Source: Brachyspira murdochii
GTDB lineage: Bacteria; Spirochaetota; JAAYUW01
DNA length: 64,000 nt
Assembly (NCBI GenBank): GCA_020722965.1
Contig: DYJT01000011.1
Span: 4,554 to 68,553, forward strand
Direction: 5' to 3'
The position numbers were made by a program, and so were the translations under genes. Below are positions 16,613 through 26,300 of the stretch, piece by piece. The notes beneath the pieces are model-generated. The model was not told the DNA's origin and made no database searches. It saw nothing but the letters and a program-made list of their open reading frames with translations. The stretch's first letter is position 1. The number at the start of each line of letters is the position of its first letter.

Positions 16613-17800
16613 TTAAAAATCTTTAAAATCTGGTATATCATCAATATTTATTGGTTTACCGACTACATTCTTTTCTTCCTTTTTTTCTTCTTGATATCCT
16701 TCTTTATTTTTATCTTTTTCAATTATATTATTGTTCACTTTTTCAATTTTTTCCATTTTTTTTGTTTCATCTGTAAAATTATTTTCAATTTTTTTATCTT
16801 TAAATTTTATATTTTCCCCTTTATATTCATCGAACAGATATTGTTTAAGTAGCAAATAACCAAATACAAGCAACAATATAACAATAATAAAAATAATTGC
16901 AAAAAAGCTAAAAAATTTCATCGGGCTTATTGGGTAGTAAAAACCTACAACTACTTCCATTAAAGATTGTGAAAGAGGATAATAATAAAAAGAATGATAT
17001 TGAATTTTGGGGTAGGAACCTTTATAAAACAATTTAAAATCATCTTTTAAATTCGTTATTTCACCACTGAAGTTTTCGATTAATGAATAATAGTAAATTC
17101 CATCATCATCCATTAACATTGCAATAATAACGGGTTTTGAGCCTTTTAAAGATAGTTTATATTTTGTTACATAAAGTTTTTTTTCTGTCTTTTGATCCCT
17201 TTTTTCATTATTTTCTTTTATTTGTTTATCTTTATTATTTATTAGATTAGAATTTTTTTCGATTTCATTGTATTTTTGTTTTTTTAATTTTTCATATTCA
17301 TCATTTTTAATCATTTGAATTTTAAAATGATATTTTATAAATTTTTCAAGATTTAATTTTTTTGACTCATCTACGGTATAAATATTAATTATAAGATCTT
17401 TATTTGATGGAATTCCAGAAGTAGAATATAAAAGCATAGTATTTAAAACAATTTCATCATAATTTTTAGCATAATCTTTTAATTCTCTTATCTTGATATC
17501 AAGCTCGGTATTTTTATTCCTTTTATTAGAATCTTTTTGTTTTTCAGAATTTAATAAATTAGCAAAATTGTTAATAGAACTAAATATTTTATTATATATG
17601 ACTTTTAAGGCATAAACTGTTTTCCCTGTTAATTTTTTTAAATCATATATAATTATACTTATTGAATTTTTTACAAGAAATTTAATTTGATTACTCTTTT
17701 GAATAATCCCATCATTAGAATAAGCAGAACAACTAAAAAGGAAAATACAAACTATAAAAAAAATTATAGATAATATAATATTAAATTTATTAATACCCAT
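16613..17800 (-). CDS. Lipoprotein-like bitopic membrane protein with K/E-rich cytoplasmic tail
   Basis: 395 aa. The N-terminal hydrophobic segment ends in a relaxed lipobox-like LFSC. A second TM (FSFFAIIFIIVILLLVFGYLLL) lies near aa 300. The charged tail ends in DDIPDFKDF. Confidence 0.5.
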   Translation of the reverse strand: MGINKFNIILSIIFFIVCIFLFSCSAYSNDGIIQKSNQIKFLVKNSISIIIYDLKKLTGKTVYALKVIYNKIFSSINNFANLLNSEKQKDSNKRNKNTELDIKIRELKDYAKNYDEIVLNTMLLYSTSGIPSNKDLIINIYTVDESKKLNLEKFIKYHFKIQMIKNDEYEKLKKQKYNEIEKNSNLINNKDKQIKENNEKRDQKTEKKLYVTKYKLSLKGSKPVIIAMLMDDDGIYYYSLIENFSGEITNLKDDFKLFYKGSYPKIQYHSFYYYPLSQSLMEVVVGFYYPISPMKFFSFFAIIFIIVILLLVFGYLLLKQYLFDEYKGENIKFKDKKIENNFTDETKKMEKIEKVNNNIIEKDKNKEGYQEEKKEEKNVVGKPINIDDIPDFKDF

Positions 17801-17961
17801 ATCTTTACTTTTCGGAATGTTTTAAATTTCTTTTACCAATATATGATATAAAACTAATATCTGCTTTTGAACCAAAATGCCTGGTTTGAAACTGGTCAAA
17901 ATTCTACTTTTGAACTGATAATTTATTAGGTTTAAATTTATAAATTAATTATAAAATTGTG

Positions 17962-17990
17962 TTGACAGATTTCAATAAGTATACCAAAAT
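17962..17990 (+). promoter_or_regulatory. Candidate sigma70-type promoter for the NhaC-family gene
   Basis: TTGACA at 17962-17967, a 17-nt spacer, then CAAAAT at 17985-17990. The GGAGG RBS is at 18018-18022. Chance matches are common in AT-rich DNA. Confidence 0.3.
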
Positions 17991-18027
17991 CAATATAACG
18001 TGAATATACAAAATTCAGGAGGATTAA

Positions 18028-19677
18028 ATGGAAGTTACATCTTTCGGCTGGCTATCTTTATTACCAGCATTAATTGCAATTACGCTTTGCATTATCACCA
18101 GGAATGTTATTCCTTCACTACTTCTTGGTATCTTTAGCGGGGTCTTTATCATTAATAATTATAATCCTATCACTGCTTTAGTGGACACCTCTTCAAAATA
18201 TATTGTGGGTAAAGGCGTTGCTGACAGCTGGAATGCGGGATTATTGGTATTTTGTCTTATCATCGGTGGTATGGTTGGAGTAATGAATAAATCTGGTGGA
18301 ATCCAGGCAATTGCCTTACAAATAGCAAAAAAAGCAAAAAACAAGGTTTCTGCTCAAATAGCCACAACTAGTTTGGGAATTTTAGTCTTTATAGATGATT
18401 ATGCAAGCTGCCTTATAACAGGAAATACGATGAGACCTATTACAGATGCTCAAAGAATTTCAAGGGAAAAACTTTCTTTCATCGTTGATGCAACAGCAGC
18501 TGCAATTTCTTCTGTAATACCTATATCAACATGGATTGCCATGGAACTGGGTCTTATCCAGGATGGCCTTGCTAGTGTTGGTATAAAGGCTAATGCAATC
18601 GTAGTTTTCTTTCAATCTATTCCTTATAGATTCTATGTTTTATTCCTTGTTGTATTTATGTATGCTACGTTTTTGATGAAAAGAGATTTTGGTTCAATGC
18701 TAAAAGCAGAGATAAGGGCTAGAAAGACTGGAGAAGTTTATGCAAAAGATTCTCATCCTATGTATCAGGAAGATAAAGATATCTTACCGGATGAAGGTGT
18801 AAAAGGGAATATATTTGATTTTCTACTTCCTATAATTACATTTATTGTAGTTACTCTAGTTGGTTTAAGATACAATGGCCAGGCGGCCATGATTACCGAG
18901 GAAACCAAGATAATATCATCGGGATTTTTCAATATTGTTGCAACAGTCGATGGACAGCAGGTTATATATACCTTTAGAGATATACTTGGTAATGCCGATA
19001 GTTCTGTTGTTTTAACCTGGGCTTCATTTATTGCCTCAATAGAAATAATCCTTCAGGTATTAATCGAAAGAAGGATGTCATTTACCAAAGCCATTGATTC
19101 ATGGATAAGTGGTGTTAAATCTATGATACTTGCCGTAATAATATTAGCACTAGCATTAACATTAAAATCAGTAATCGACGAAATGGGAACGGCAAATTAT
19201 ATCGTAGAGTTAACAAAGCCTATTCTTAATGGCTCCTGGATACCTTTAGTTGTATTTTTAACAGCCTGTATTCTTTCATTTGCAACAGGTACTTCTTGGG
19301 GAACTATGGCTATATTGATGCCAATTGCAATACCTCTTGCTGCAGCTGCTTCTAATGCAAACGGTGTATTGACAACTTCAATTATAGCAACCATTGGTTC
19401 TGTCCTTGTTGGTGCTATCTATGGTGATCATTGCTCACCTATTTCAGATACGACAATTTTAGCTTCCACTGCTTCTGGGTCAGATCACATCGCCCATGTA
19501 AATACCCAATTACCTTATGCAACTACAGTTGCTCTTGCAAGTGGAATCTTTGGTTATCTACCATTTGCGATAGGTATATCTGTTTGGTTGTCTTTAATAA
19601 TTGGTAGTGCTGGTATTATTTTATTCCTGTACTTTTTTGCTAAAAAACTTGATAATGAAGGTAACATAGTTAAATAA
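18028..19677 (+). CDS. NhaC-family Na+/H+ antiporter-like membrane transporter
   Basis: 549-aa polytopic ORF. The N terminus GWLSLLPALIAITLCIITRNVIPSLLLGIF is typical of the NhaC family. A strong GGAGG lies 6 nt upstream of the ATG. Confidence 0.65.
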   Translation: MEVTSFGWLSLLPALIAITLCIITRNVIPSLLLGIFSGVFIINNYNPITALVDTSSKYIVGKGVADSWNAGLLVFCLIIGGMVGVMNKSGGIQAIALQIAKKAKNKVSAQIATTSLGILVFIDDYASCLITGNTMRPITDAQRISREKLSFIVDATAAAISSVIPISTWIAMELGLIQDGLASVGIKANAIVVFFQSIPYRFYVLFLVVFMYATFLMKRDFGSMLKAEIRARKTGEVYAKDSHPMYQEDKDILPDEGVKGNIFDFLLPIITFIVVTLVGLRYNGQAAMITEETKIISSGFFNIVATVDGQQVIYTFRDILGNADSSVVLTWASFIASIEIILQVLIERRMSFTKAIDSWISGVKSMILAVIILALALTLKSVIDEMGTANYIVELTKPILNGSWIPLVVFLTACILSFATGTSWGTMAILMPIAIPLAAAASNANGVLTTSIIATIGSVLVGAIYGDHCSPISDTTILASTASGSDHIAHVNTQLPYATTVALASGIFGYLPFAIGISVWLSLIIGSAGIILFLYFFAKKLDNEGNIVK

Positions 19678-19711
19678 TCTATAGCCTAAAATTTTCAAAA
19701 ACCCTATCAAG

Positions 19712-19745
19712 AAAAAAGCGAGGTCATTAAACCTCGCTTTTTTTA
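19712..19745. terminator. Bidirectional intrinsic terminator between convergent transporter genes
   Basis: Perfect 8-bp stem AGCGAGGT (19717-19724) / ACCTCGCT (19731-19738) with a 6-nt loop. An A-run lies upstream and a T-run downstream, so it works on both strands. Confidence 0.8.
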
Positions 19746-19798
19746 TTTAACCTCATTTATTTAACCTTTTTTATTTAACTCTACTTATTGAACCAATT
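19743..19798. repeat. 14-bp tandem repeat, 4 copies (TTATTTAACC-nnnn)
   Basis: Copies start at 19743, 19757, 19771 and 19785: TTATTTAACCTCAT / TTATTTAACCTTTT / TTATTTAACTCTAC / TTATTGAACCAATT. Confidence 0.8.
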
Positions 19799-19814
19799 TT
19801 TTTGAGCCTTAGTT

Positions 19815-21116
19815 TTATTGGTTTTTCATCTGCATTGCAATCTGCTCTAACCTTTCTTTTTGTTTTGCAATATCAAGAGGGAAAATGGCTGCTGTCAAAA
19901 ACAAAACAAAAGCACATCCATACCAGAATGCACTGGAGATTGATATGGATGCTGTTAATCCGATTGCTACCGATAATATTCCGGTAAACCATTTTCCAAA
20001 GCCTGTTCCAAGGTTATCCGTTAGATTAAATATTGAAAAAATAGCACCTCTATTTTCGGGTACATTTGTATCCAAAAGCATCGTTCTCATGTTTGGACCG
20101 GTCATTGAAATGAAAAATCCCGCAAAAAAACCTGTAATTGAAAGAAGCAAAAGATTATTTGGAATAAATAAAAATGTTACCAATGCCATTGAAGCCCCAA
20201 TAATAGTAGTTATAGAACAAAATTTAGGTAGATTTTTTGGGTTCTTTCTGGCGATATCACCCCCCCATTTACCTCCTAATATTGTCCCTAAAATAGCTCC
20301 AAAGGCAAAAATCATATATATATTAGTTGCAGCAGTCTTTGAAAGCTTTTTATTATCCTCCAAAAATTTATTTAAGAAAGCGGTCGCTCCCCATGGTATT
20401 GTTCCAATAATACCCTGAATAAATAGATACACATTTGTCTTTATCAATACCAATTTTTTATAATCTGAAAATTGAATCGTTCTTGGGTATAATACACCTT
20501 CTTCTATTAACTTAGCAGTAGCTTCTTCGGATGCACCTCTTTTGGGTTCTGGTATAATAAAGAAAAACAATATTGCCAGGGGGATGTTTGGAGCGCTTGC
20601 AAGAATAAACGCCAAACGCCAACCTGATAGAGAGCCAGCAGAAATAGATGTTGTGTATCCACCTAAAGCTGTTCCAATAACATTACCCAAAGAAAAAGCA
20701 GTAGTCAGAGTTGCAGTAGCCAAAGGTCTTGATTTTTCTCCATAAATATCGCCAATCATCGAAAATACAAGTGGGAATGCTGCCCCAACCCCAATTCCGG
20801 TTAAGATTCTTAAAATAAAAAAGATAGTATAATTTGGAGCAAAGGCAGTTAAAATGCAGGGGATTTCACCTACTAAAACAGATAGGACAAAGAGCTTTTT
20901 TCTGCTTGTTTTATCTGCAAAATATCCCCAAAAAATCGATATAATTGCTCCAAAAATCGAAAATACACCCATCATAAAACCAAGATCCGCATCTGAAACC
21001 TTAAACTCTTTCTCTATGAGATTCAAATTTGGATTCATTACATTTGAATCTGCATTAAGCATGATTAAAACAAGACTCATGAATGCAAGCATTAGAACTT
21101 TTTGTAAATTTGTCAT
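19815..21116 (-). CDS. MFS transporter
   Basis: About 12 hydrophobic spans, with MFS motif A as GYFADKTSRKKLFV. I moved the start from 21182 to ATG 21116, which has GGAGG 6 nt upstream; this removes the overlap with recD. Confidence 0.7.
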   Translation of the reverse strand: MTNLQKVLMLAFMSLVLIMLNADSNVMNPNLNLIEKEFKVSDADLGFMMGVFSIFGAIISIFWGYFADKTSRKKLFVLSVLVGEIPCILTAFAPNYTIFFILRILTGIGVGAAFPLVFSMIGDIYGEKSRPLATATLTTAFSLGNVIGTALGGYTTSISAGSLSGWRLAFILASAPNIPLAILFFFIIPEPKRGASEEATAKLIEEGVLYPRTIQFSDYKKLVLIKTNVYLFIQGIIGTIPWGATAFLNKFLEDNKKLSKTAATNIYMIFAFGAILGTILGGKWGGDIARKNPKNLPKFCSITTIIGASMALVTFLFIPNNLLLLSITGFFAGFFISMTGPNMRTMLLDTNVPENRGAIFSIFNLTDNLGTGFGKWFTGILSVAIGLTASISISSAFWYGCAFVLFLTAAIFPLDIAKQKERLEQIAMQMKNQ

Positions 21117-21147
21117 TTTGCCTCCATTTATTACAGTAATACCTTTT

Positions 21148-23268
21148 TTATAATTTATCTTTATATTTTTGCAACTTATCAAAAAGGCCAGTATCTCTTT
21201 TAGTCCTATTTTTTAATGCCGATTTTAAATTATCTTTTGAGCCTAAAATTATAAAATCCTTTTTTGCCCTTGTTATTGCAGTGTAGATAAGCTCTAAAGA
21301 AATAAATTGGTATTTTTCGATATCATCTGGAATTATAAGGATAATTATATCGAATTCAGAACCCTGACCCTTATGAACTGTTATAGAATATGCAGGTTCC
21401 CAGTTTGATAATGCAGTCAATGGAAATTTTCTGATATTTTCATTGGAATCCTCTTCAAAATATGCATAGGCCTTTTCATCTTCAGAATATAAGAATCCAA
21501 TATCACCATTAAATAGATTCAGCTGATAGTTATTTTTCATTATGATTATTGGAACAAATGAAGAATAATTTTTAGTCCTTAAAAAATTCGCAAATATATT
21601 ATTTAAATTGTATGTACCAAAGGTTGTAAATTTCAAAGGTGTCAATATCTTAAATTTTTTATTTAACTTTTGAAATTGATTAAATTCTTTTTTATCAACA
21701 ATGCTTTTATCGTCTTTATGACTATCGTTTAAATTTATTGGCGTCTCAAAGTCAAATATATCGTTATAACCTAATTCATTTAGTCTATTAATTATTTTAT
21801 TAAATATCTCATTTTTAAAAAAATCATTTGATTGAAGTAGTCTATTATTTCTTTCAACAAAATCGATAAATTCATCTATGATATAATCCTTTTTTTGCTT
21901 ATCTTTTTCTATAAAGATATTGTCCAATTTTTCTCTTACCTTTTCTACAAAAGAATCTTTTTCATATCTATAAGATTTTTTAAGCTCAATGAGATTTTTT
22001 CCTGTATAACCCTTTTCAGACAAAAACTCTTTAATATCTGCAAATACTCTGCCGGCTTCAACTGATGAAAGTTGATTGGAATCACCACTTAAAAAAATCT
22101 TGGAATGATCATCTATAGCATCTAAAAGTTTAGCCATTAGAGGGATATCTATCATGGATGCCTCATCTACAATTATGAGTTTTTGAGATGCCGGGTTTTC
22201 CCTGTTATGCTTCAATGATAATTTGAATTCCGAACTACCAAGAAATCTATGAATAGTCATAGAATCTATTAAAAGTTGATCGGAACTTAAATTTATACCA
22301 AATTTTTCTTTTTGATTATCCGGTATTTTGTCATTCAAATAGACAATTTTTTCTTTTAATACCTCTAATATTCTGTTTGCTGCCTTCCCTGTAGGTGCTA
22401 TTGCTATTATCTGTTTTTTATTTAATCCATAAAGATACATATGAGCGAGTATAATCAAAGAGAGGATAAAAGTCTTCCCTGTACCGGGACCTCCAGTAAT
22501 AAGAATGAAATTACTCAAGACTGAGCACTTTAAGGCTTCAAGTTGTAAAGGATCAAGCTCTTTTTCAAAGATAGATAAAAAGATATTTAGTTTTTGTTGT
22601 AATTTATTATCATCAATTAATGAGCTTGACTTATCCATAAACAATCTTTTGCCTATATTCTGGGCTATCAGCATTTCATATATATAAAACCTTCTAAAAT
22701 AAACTTTGTCATTATTTTCAATTATAAAAATCAAAGGGATATAAAACTCAGAAGTCGTTACCTTCTCATCAAATAAATATCTTCTCCCAATACTTTCATT
22801 ATTTTTATTCGTATCATTTATTTCTTTATTTTCATTGTATTCATCACTTTCATCAACAGCATTAATCTTGAGAGAATTTATAATTGACAAAATATTTTCA
22901 ATTGTATCGAATTTATAAAAATACCTTTTGTTATTTAAATTATTACCTAAACTATCGAGGCGATCAGAAAGTTTATCTAATAAAACCTCGGCAAAATCGG
23001 TTAATTTGCCTGCAATAAAAATATTTTCAGACTCTGCAATTTCTTTTAACGAAACATAAGTATTTCCATCGTCTAACGATACATTACAAACAATAAGAAG
23101 AAAAAATAGTAGTTTTAACTCTTTTTCATTAATATTTTCAAAAGAAAATTTATTAGCATCGATAATATTCTTTAATTCATAAGCACTTTTGTCATAAAAA
23201 TAGCTTAAGATATTGAATGAAAGTAAAATATCTGAATTCTGAATTTCAAAACAAAGATTCTTGCCCAT
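21148..23268 (-). CDS. recD: Exodeoxyribonuclease V alpha subunit RecD, with a long N-terminal extension
   Basis: 706 aa with Walker A ITGGPGTGKTF, Walker B IIVDEASMID, LSGDSNQLSSVEAG and TVHKGQGSEFD. About 240 aa precede the helicase core. Confidence 0.85.
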   Translation of the reverse strand: MGKNLCFEIQNSDILLSFNILSYFYDKSAYELKNIIDANKFSFENINEKELKLLFFLLIVCNVSLDDGNTYVSLKEIAESENIFIAGKLTDFAEVLLDKLSDRLDSLGNNLNNKRYFYKFDTIENILSIINSLKINAVDESDEYNENKEINDTNKNNESIGRRYLFDEKVTTSEFYIPLIFIIENNDKVYFRRFYIYEMLIAQNIGKRLFMDKSSSLIDDNKLQQKLNIFLSIFEKELDPLQLEALKCSVLSNFILITGGPGTGKTFILSLIILAHMYLYGLNKKQIIAIAPTGKAANRILEVLKEKIVYLNDKIPDNQKEKFGINLSSDQLLIDSMTIHRFLGSSEFKLSLKHNRENPASQKLIIVDEASMIDIPLMAKLLDAIDDHSKIFLSGDSNQLSSVEAGRVFADIKEFLSEKGYTGKNLIELKKSYRYEKDSFVEKVREKLDNIFIEKDKQKKDYIIDEFIDFVERNNRLLQSNDFFKNEIFNKIINRLNELGYNDIFDFETPINLNDSHKDDKSIVDKKEFNQFQKLNKKFKILTPLKFTTFGTYNLNNIFANFLRTKNYSSFVPIIIMKNNYQLNLFNGDIGFLYSEDEKAYAYFEEDSNENIRKFPLTALSNWEPAYSITVHKGQGSEFDIIILIIPDDIEKYQFISLELIYTAITRAKKDFIILGSKDNLKSALKNRTKRDTGLFDKLQKYKDKL

Positions 23269-23356
23269 AATTAAAAAATCCTTAAAATTAAAAAATTTTT
23301 AAAAAATTAAAATTAAATAAATTAAAAATAAAACTAAACTAAAAAATATTAAAATA

Positions 23357-26300
23357 TCATTCTAATAATATTTTACTAAGTTCTTCCAGCTGATCTTTAT
23401 CTATTTTTTTTGAATAAACACCATTGTTATTTTTTTCATCCACATATCTCACAAAAAAGTAATAAATATTAATGAAATCATATGGTAATTTATTGACCTT
23501 TATATATTTGTAAACTGCTGCTGAATATAGATAATATTGAATATCATAATTATTTTTAATCATTGCCCTATCTATAATATTTTTATCAATAACATTTCCT
23601 TGAAAATCTTCTTGTGTTAAATCGGAGAGATTATTTGTTTTCCAATCAATTATATTTATTGTATTGTTTTCAATGAATAAAAGGTCAATAAAACCTCTAT
23701 AATACCCATTTATAAAAACTTCTTTTAGCTCCTTTTCGCTAACCTTTCTGTTGCAAGCTTTGTAAAAACTTAATAGATTATTTTTTCTGGCTTTAGCAAA
23801 AAATTCGACTTCACTTAGGGCATTATCAATATCGATTATCCTCTTTTTTAATAATGGTATTTCTGCTTTTAGGGTGTTAATCACAAGATTTGTATTTTCA
23901 TCTACAAAATTTTTAATTATATCCTTACTTCTATAATATTTAATGATTATCTTTTCACTTATATTCTTTATCTTTTCAATAAATTCTTGATTTATCTCTT
24001 CTTTTATATCTTGTTTGTTATTAAATATATTTTGCATGGTTTCATGGAATATATTCCCGGCAATTTTCCCCATAAAACTAGAATATCTTTCTTCAAAATC
24101 ATAAGAATTTTCTTGTGTAAAAGGCTTAAAATCAATGACATATTCTAATGCAATTTTCCTGGTTTTTTCAGATTCTTTTGGCAAATTATGAATATGAACT
24201 ATGGAAGAATAAGAATAAGAATTTTCGATTTTTTCATTAAAAATACCTGTATCTAATTCTTCAGCCTTTTTGATATTACTAATTTTACTTAAATTGTTTT
24301 CTTTAATGTCAATTTCTAATTTTTTTTCTTCAAATGAATCATAATCTATAGGATAAATTCTTTTTAAATTTTTTATTAATTTATTAATATTATTTTTATT
24401 TTTTTCGCTATTTTCATCTTCTTTTTCTTCATCTTTTTCAATAAAAATATAAAGATTGTTTTTTGCCCTGGTTGTTGCGACATAGAAAGTATTATAATTT
24501 TGTAAATTTAGTGTGTCCCTTATTTTTTTATTTATTTTATTTTTTAAATCTTTCTTAGTGTCTTTATTCGTTTTAATGTTGCTGCTTAATCTAAATTTTT
24601 TAATCCAATAACCATTATCCTCTTCATAGTATATGTAAGTACCTTTATTTATAGATGCGTTAACAAATAATTTTGGACAAAAAACTGTATTATATTCAAG
24701 ACCTTTTGCACTATGTATAGTAGAGATTATGACTGCGTTTTCTTCATTTTCTAATCGCATAGATGAAAGATCCATTTGATCTTCATCAAAATTCTGTGAA
24801 ATTAAATTTTTAAGAAAATCCAATTGATTATTTAAAGAAATGTCTTGATCACTAAAATTAATAGCCAGAAACTCGAAAATTTGACGGATATTGGTTAATC
24901 TTCTCTCATAATCTTTGATAGTAAAAGGATTAAAATATTTTATAGGGAAAATTGAGTTTAAAAATATATTTTCAAATACTGAAAATATTCCATGTTTTTC
25001 CCAATCTTGATGTAGAGTTTCAAGGGGTAAAATCAGCTCGGAATAGATACTGGCGATATTTCTGTTAATATAATCAAAACTAAATGTAAAGTAATTTGTC
25101 GAAACCAACCTTTTAACTTCTGTTATTCTATTTTTATAAATAATTGCTGATAGTAAATAATAGATAAAAATTGCCTCATCTGTTTTGAAAACAGATTTAA
25201 ATATCTTCAATGCAACAGGGAATTTTTTTTCTGTAAAAATCCTGTAATAAGTTTCTATATCAACTTTGTTTTTTATTAATATTGCGATATCACCAAGATT
25301 TAAATTTTCATCTTTTCTTTTTAACTCTTCTATCTTTTGGATAATTCTTGTTGCTATTTTTTTGTAGAAACTATATTTGTTCTCCTTTTCAGCGGGAATT
25401 TCATAGATATTAACTTCGCTAAAAATATTATCACTATCTTGTCTGGCGCTTTCAACTTCCTTATATTTTATTTGTAAACTCTTATCCTCAGAATCCGTTT
25501 TATAATCTTCATAAACATATAATAATTCAGAAAATCTGTTAATAAAATATGTAACCACTTTAGTAGAGCGATATGTTTTAAAAAGTTTAATTTTATTTTC
25601 TTCTGGTATTGTATTTTCTATATTTAAATAATTATATAGATCTCCACCTCTAAAACCATAGATCGACTGTTTCGGATCACCTATATAGAAAACCTTTTTC
25701 CCTGAAAATATCTTCTGAAAAAGCTCAACCTGCATTTTATCCGTATCCTGAAACTCATCAACAATTAGAACCTCAAATCTTTTAGATATCTTTTCCTTTA
25801 TAGATGAATTACTAGACAGATTTTTTAAAAGCAATTCAATCGAATCATTAAATGAAAAATCTTTTAATTCCATTTTCAGATTAAATGAGTTTTGGGTATA
25901 AAATTTGAAAAATTGATTAAAATATTTTTCTTCAATGTCTACACTATAGTTAGCATCTGCTGATGAAAGCCTTTGATTTTCTATAAATTTTTGTAATTCC
26001 AAAAATTGCTTTATAAAATTATAATCATAAGTTTTAATTTTAATCTCATTATTTTTAAGTTCATTAGCTTTATCTTCATTAATAATATTGTTAAAATCTT
26101 TAATTAAATATTGATTATCATATAAAAACCTTTTTAATATTTCAAAATTCAATCTTTTATAATCTTTAGCAAACTCATAGTTAAAGCCAAGTCCTAATTC
26201 ACTTTCAAATTCTTTGCATAATCTTATAGTAAAAGAGTGTATTGTTGAGCTTATTATCTTATCAAAATCAAAAATTGCTTTTTCCAAATTTAAAATATAA

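Noticed and set aside
19885-21153. + strand ORFs (177, 67 and 99 aa) inside the MFS gene
   Set aside because: These are shadow ORFs antisense to a well-supported polytopic transporter. Their Pro/Lys/Ile-rich products have no motifs.
23269-23356. An A/T-only spacer with reiterated AAAATTAAA words, considered as a structured repeat or CRISPR-like element
   Set aside because: It has no defined unit length, no spacers and no flanking cas-like genes. It is best treated as low-complexity intergenic DNA.
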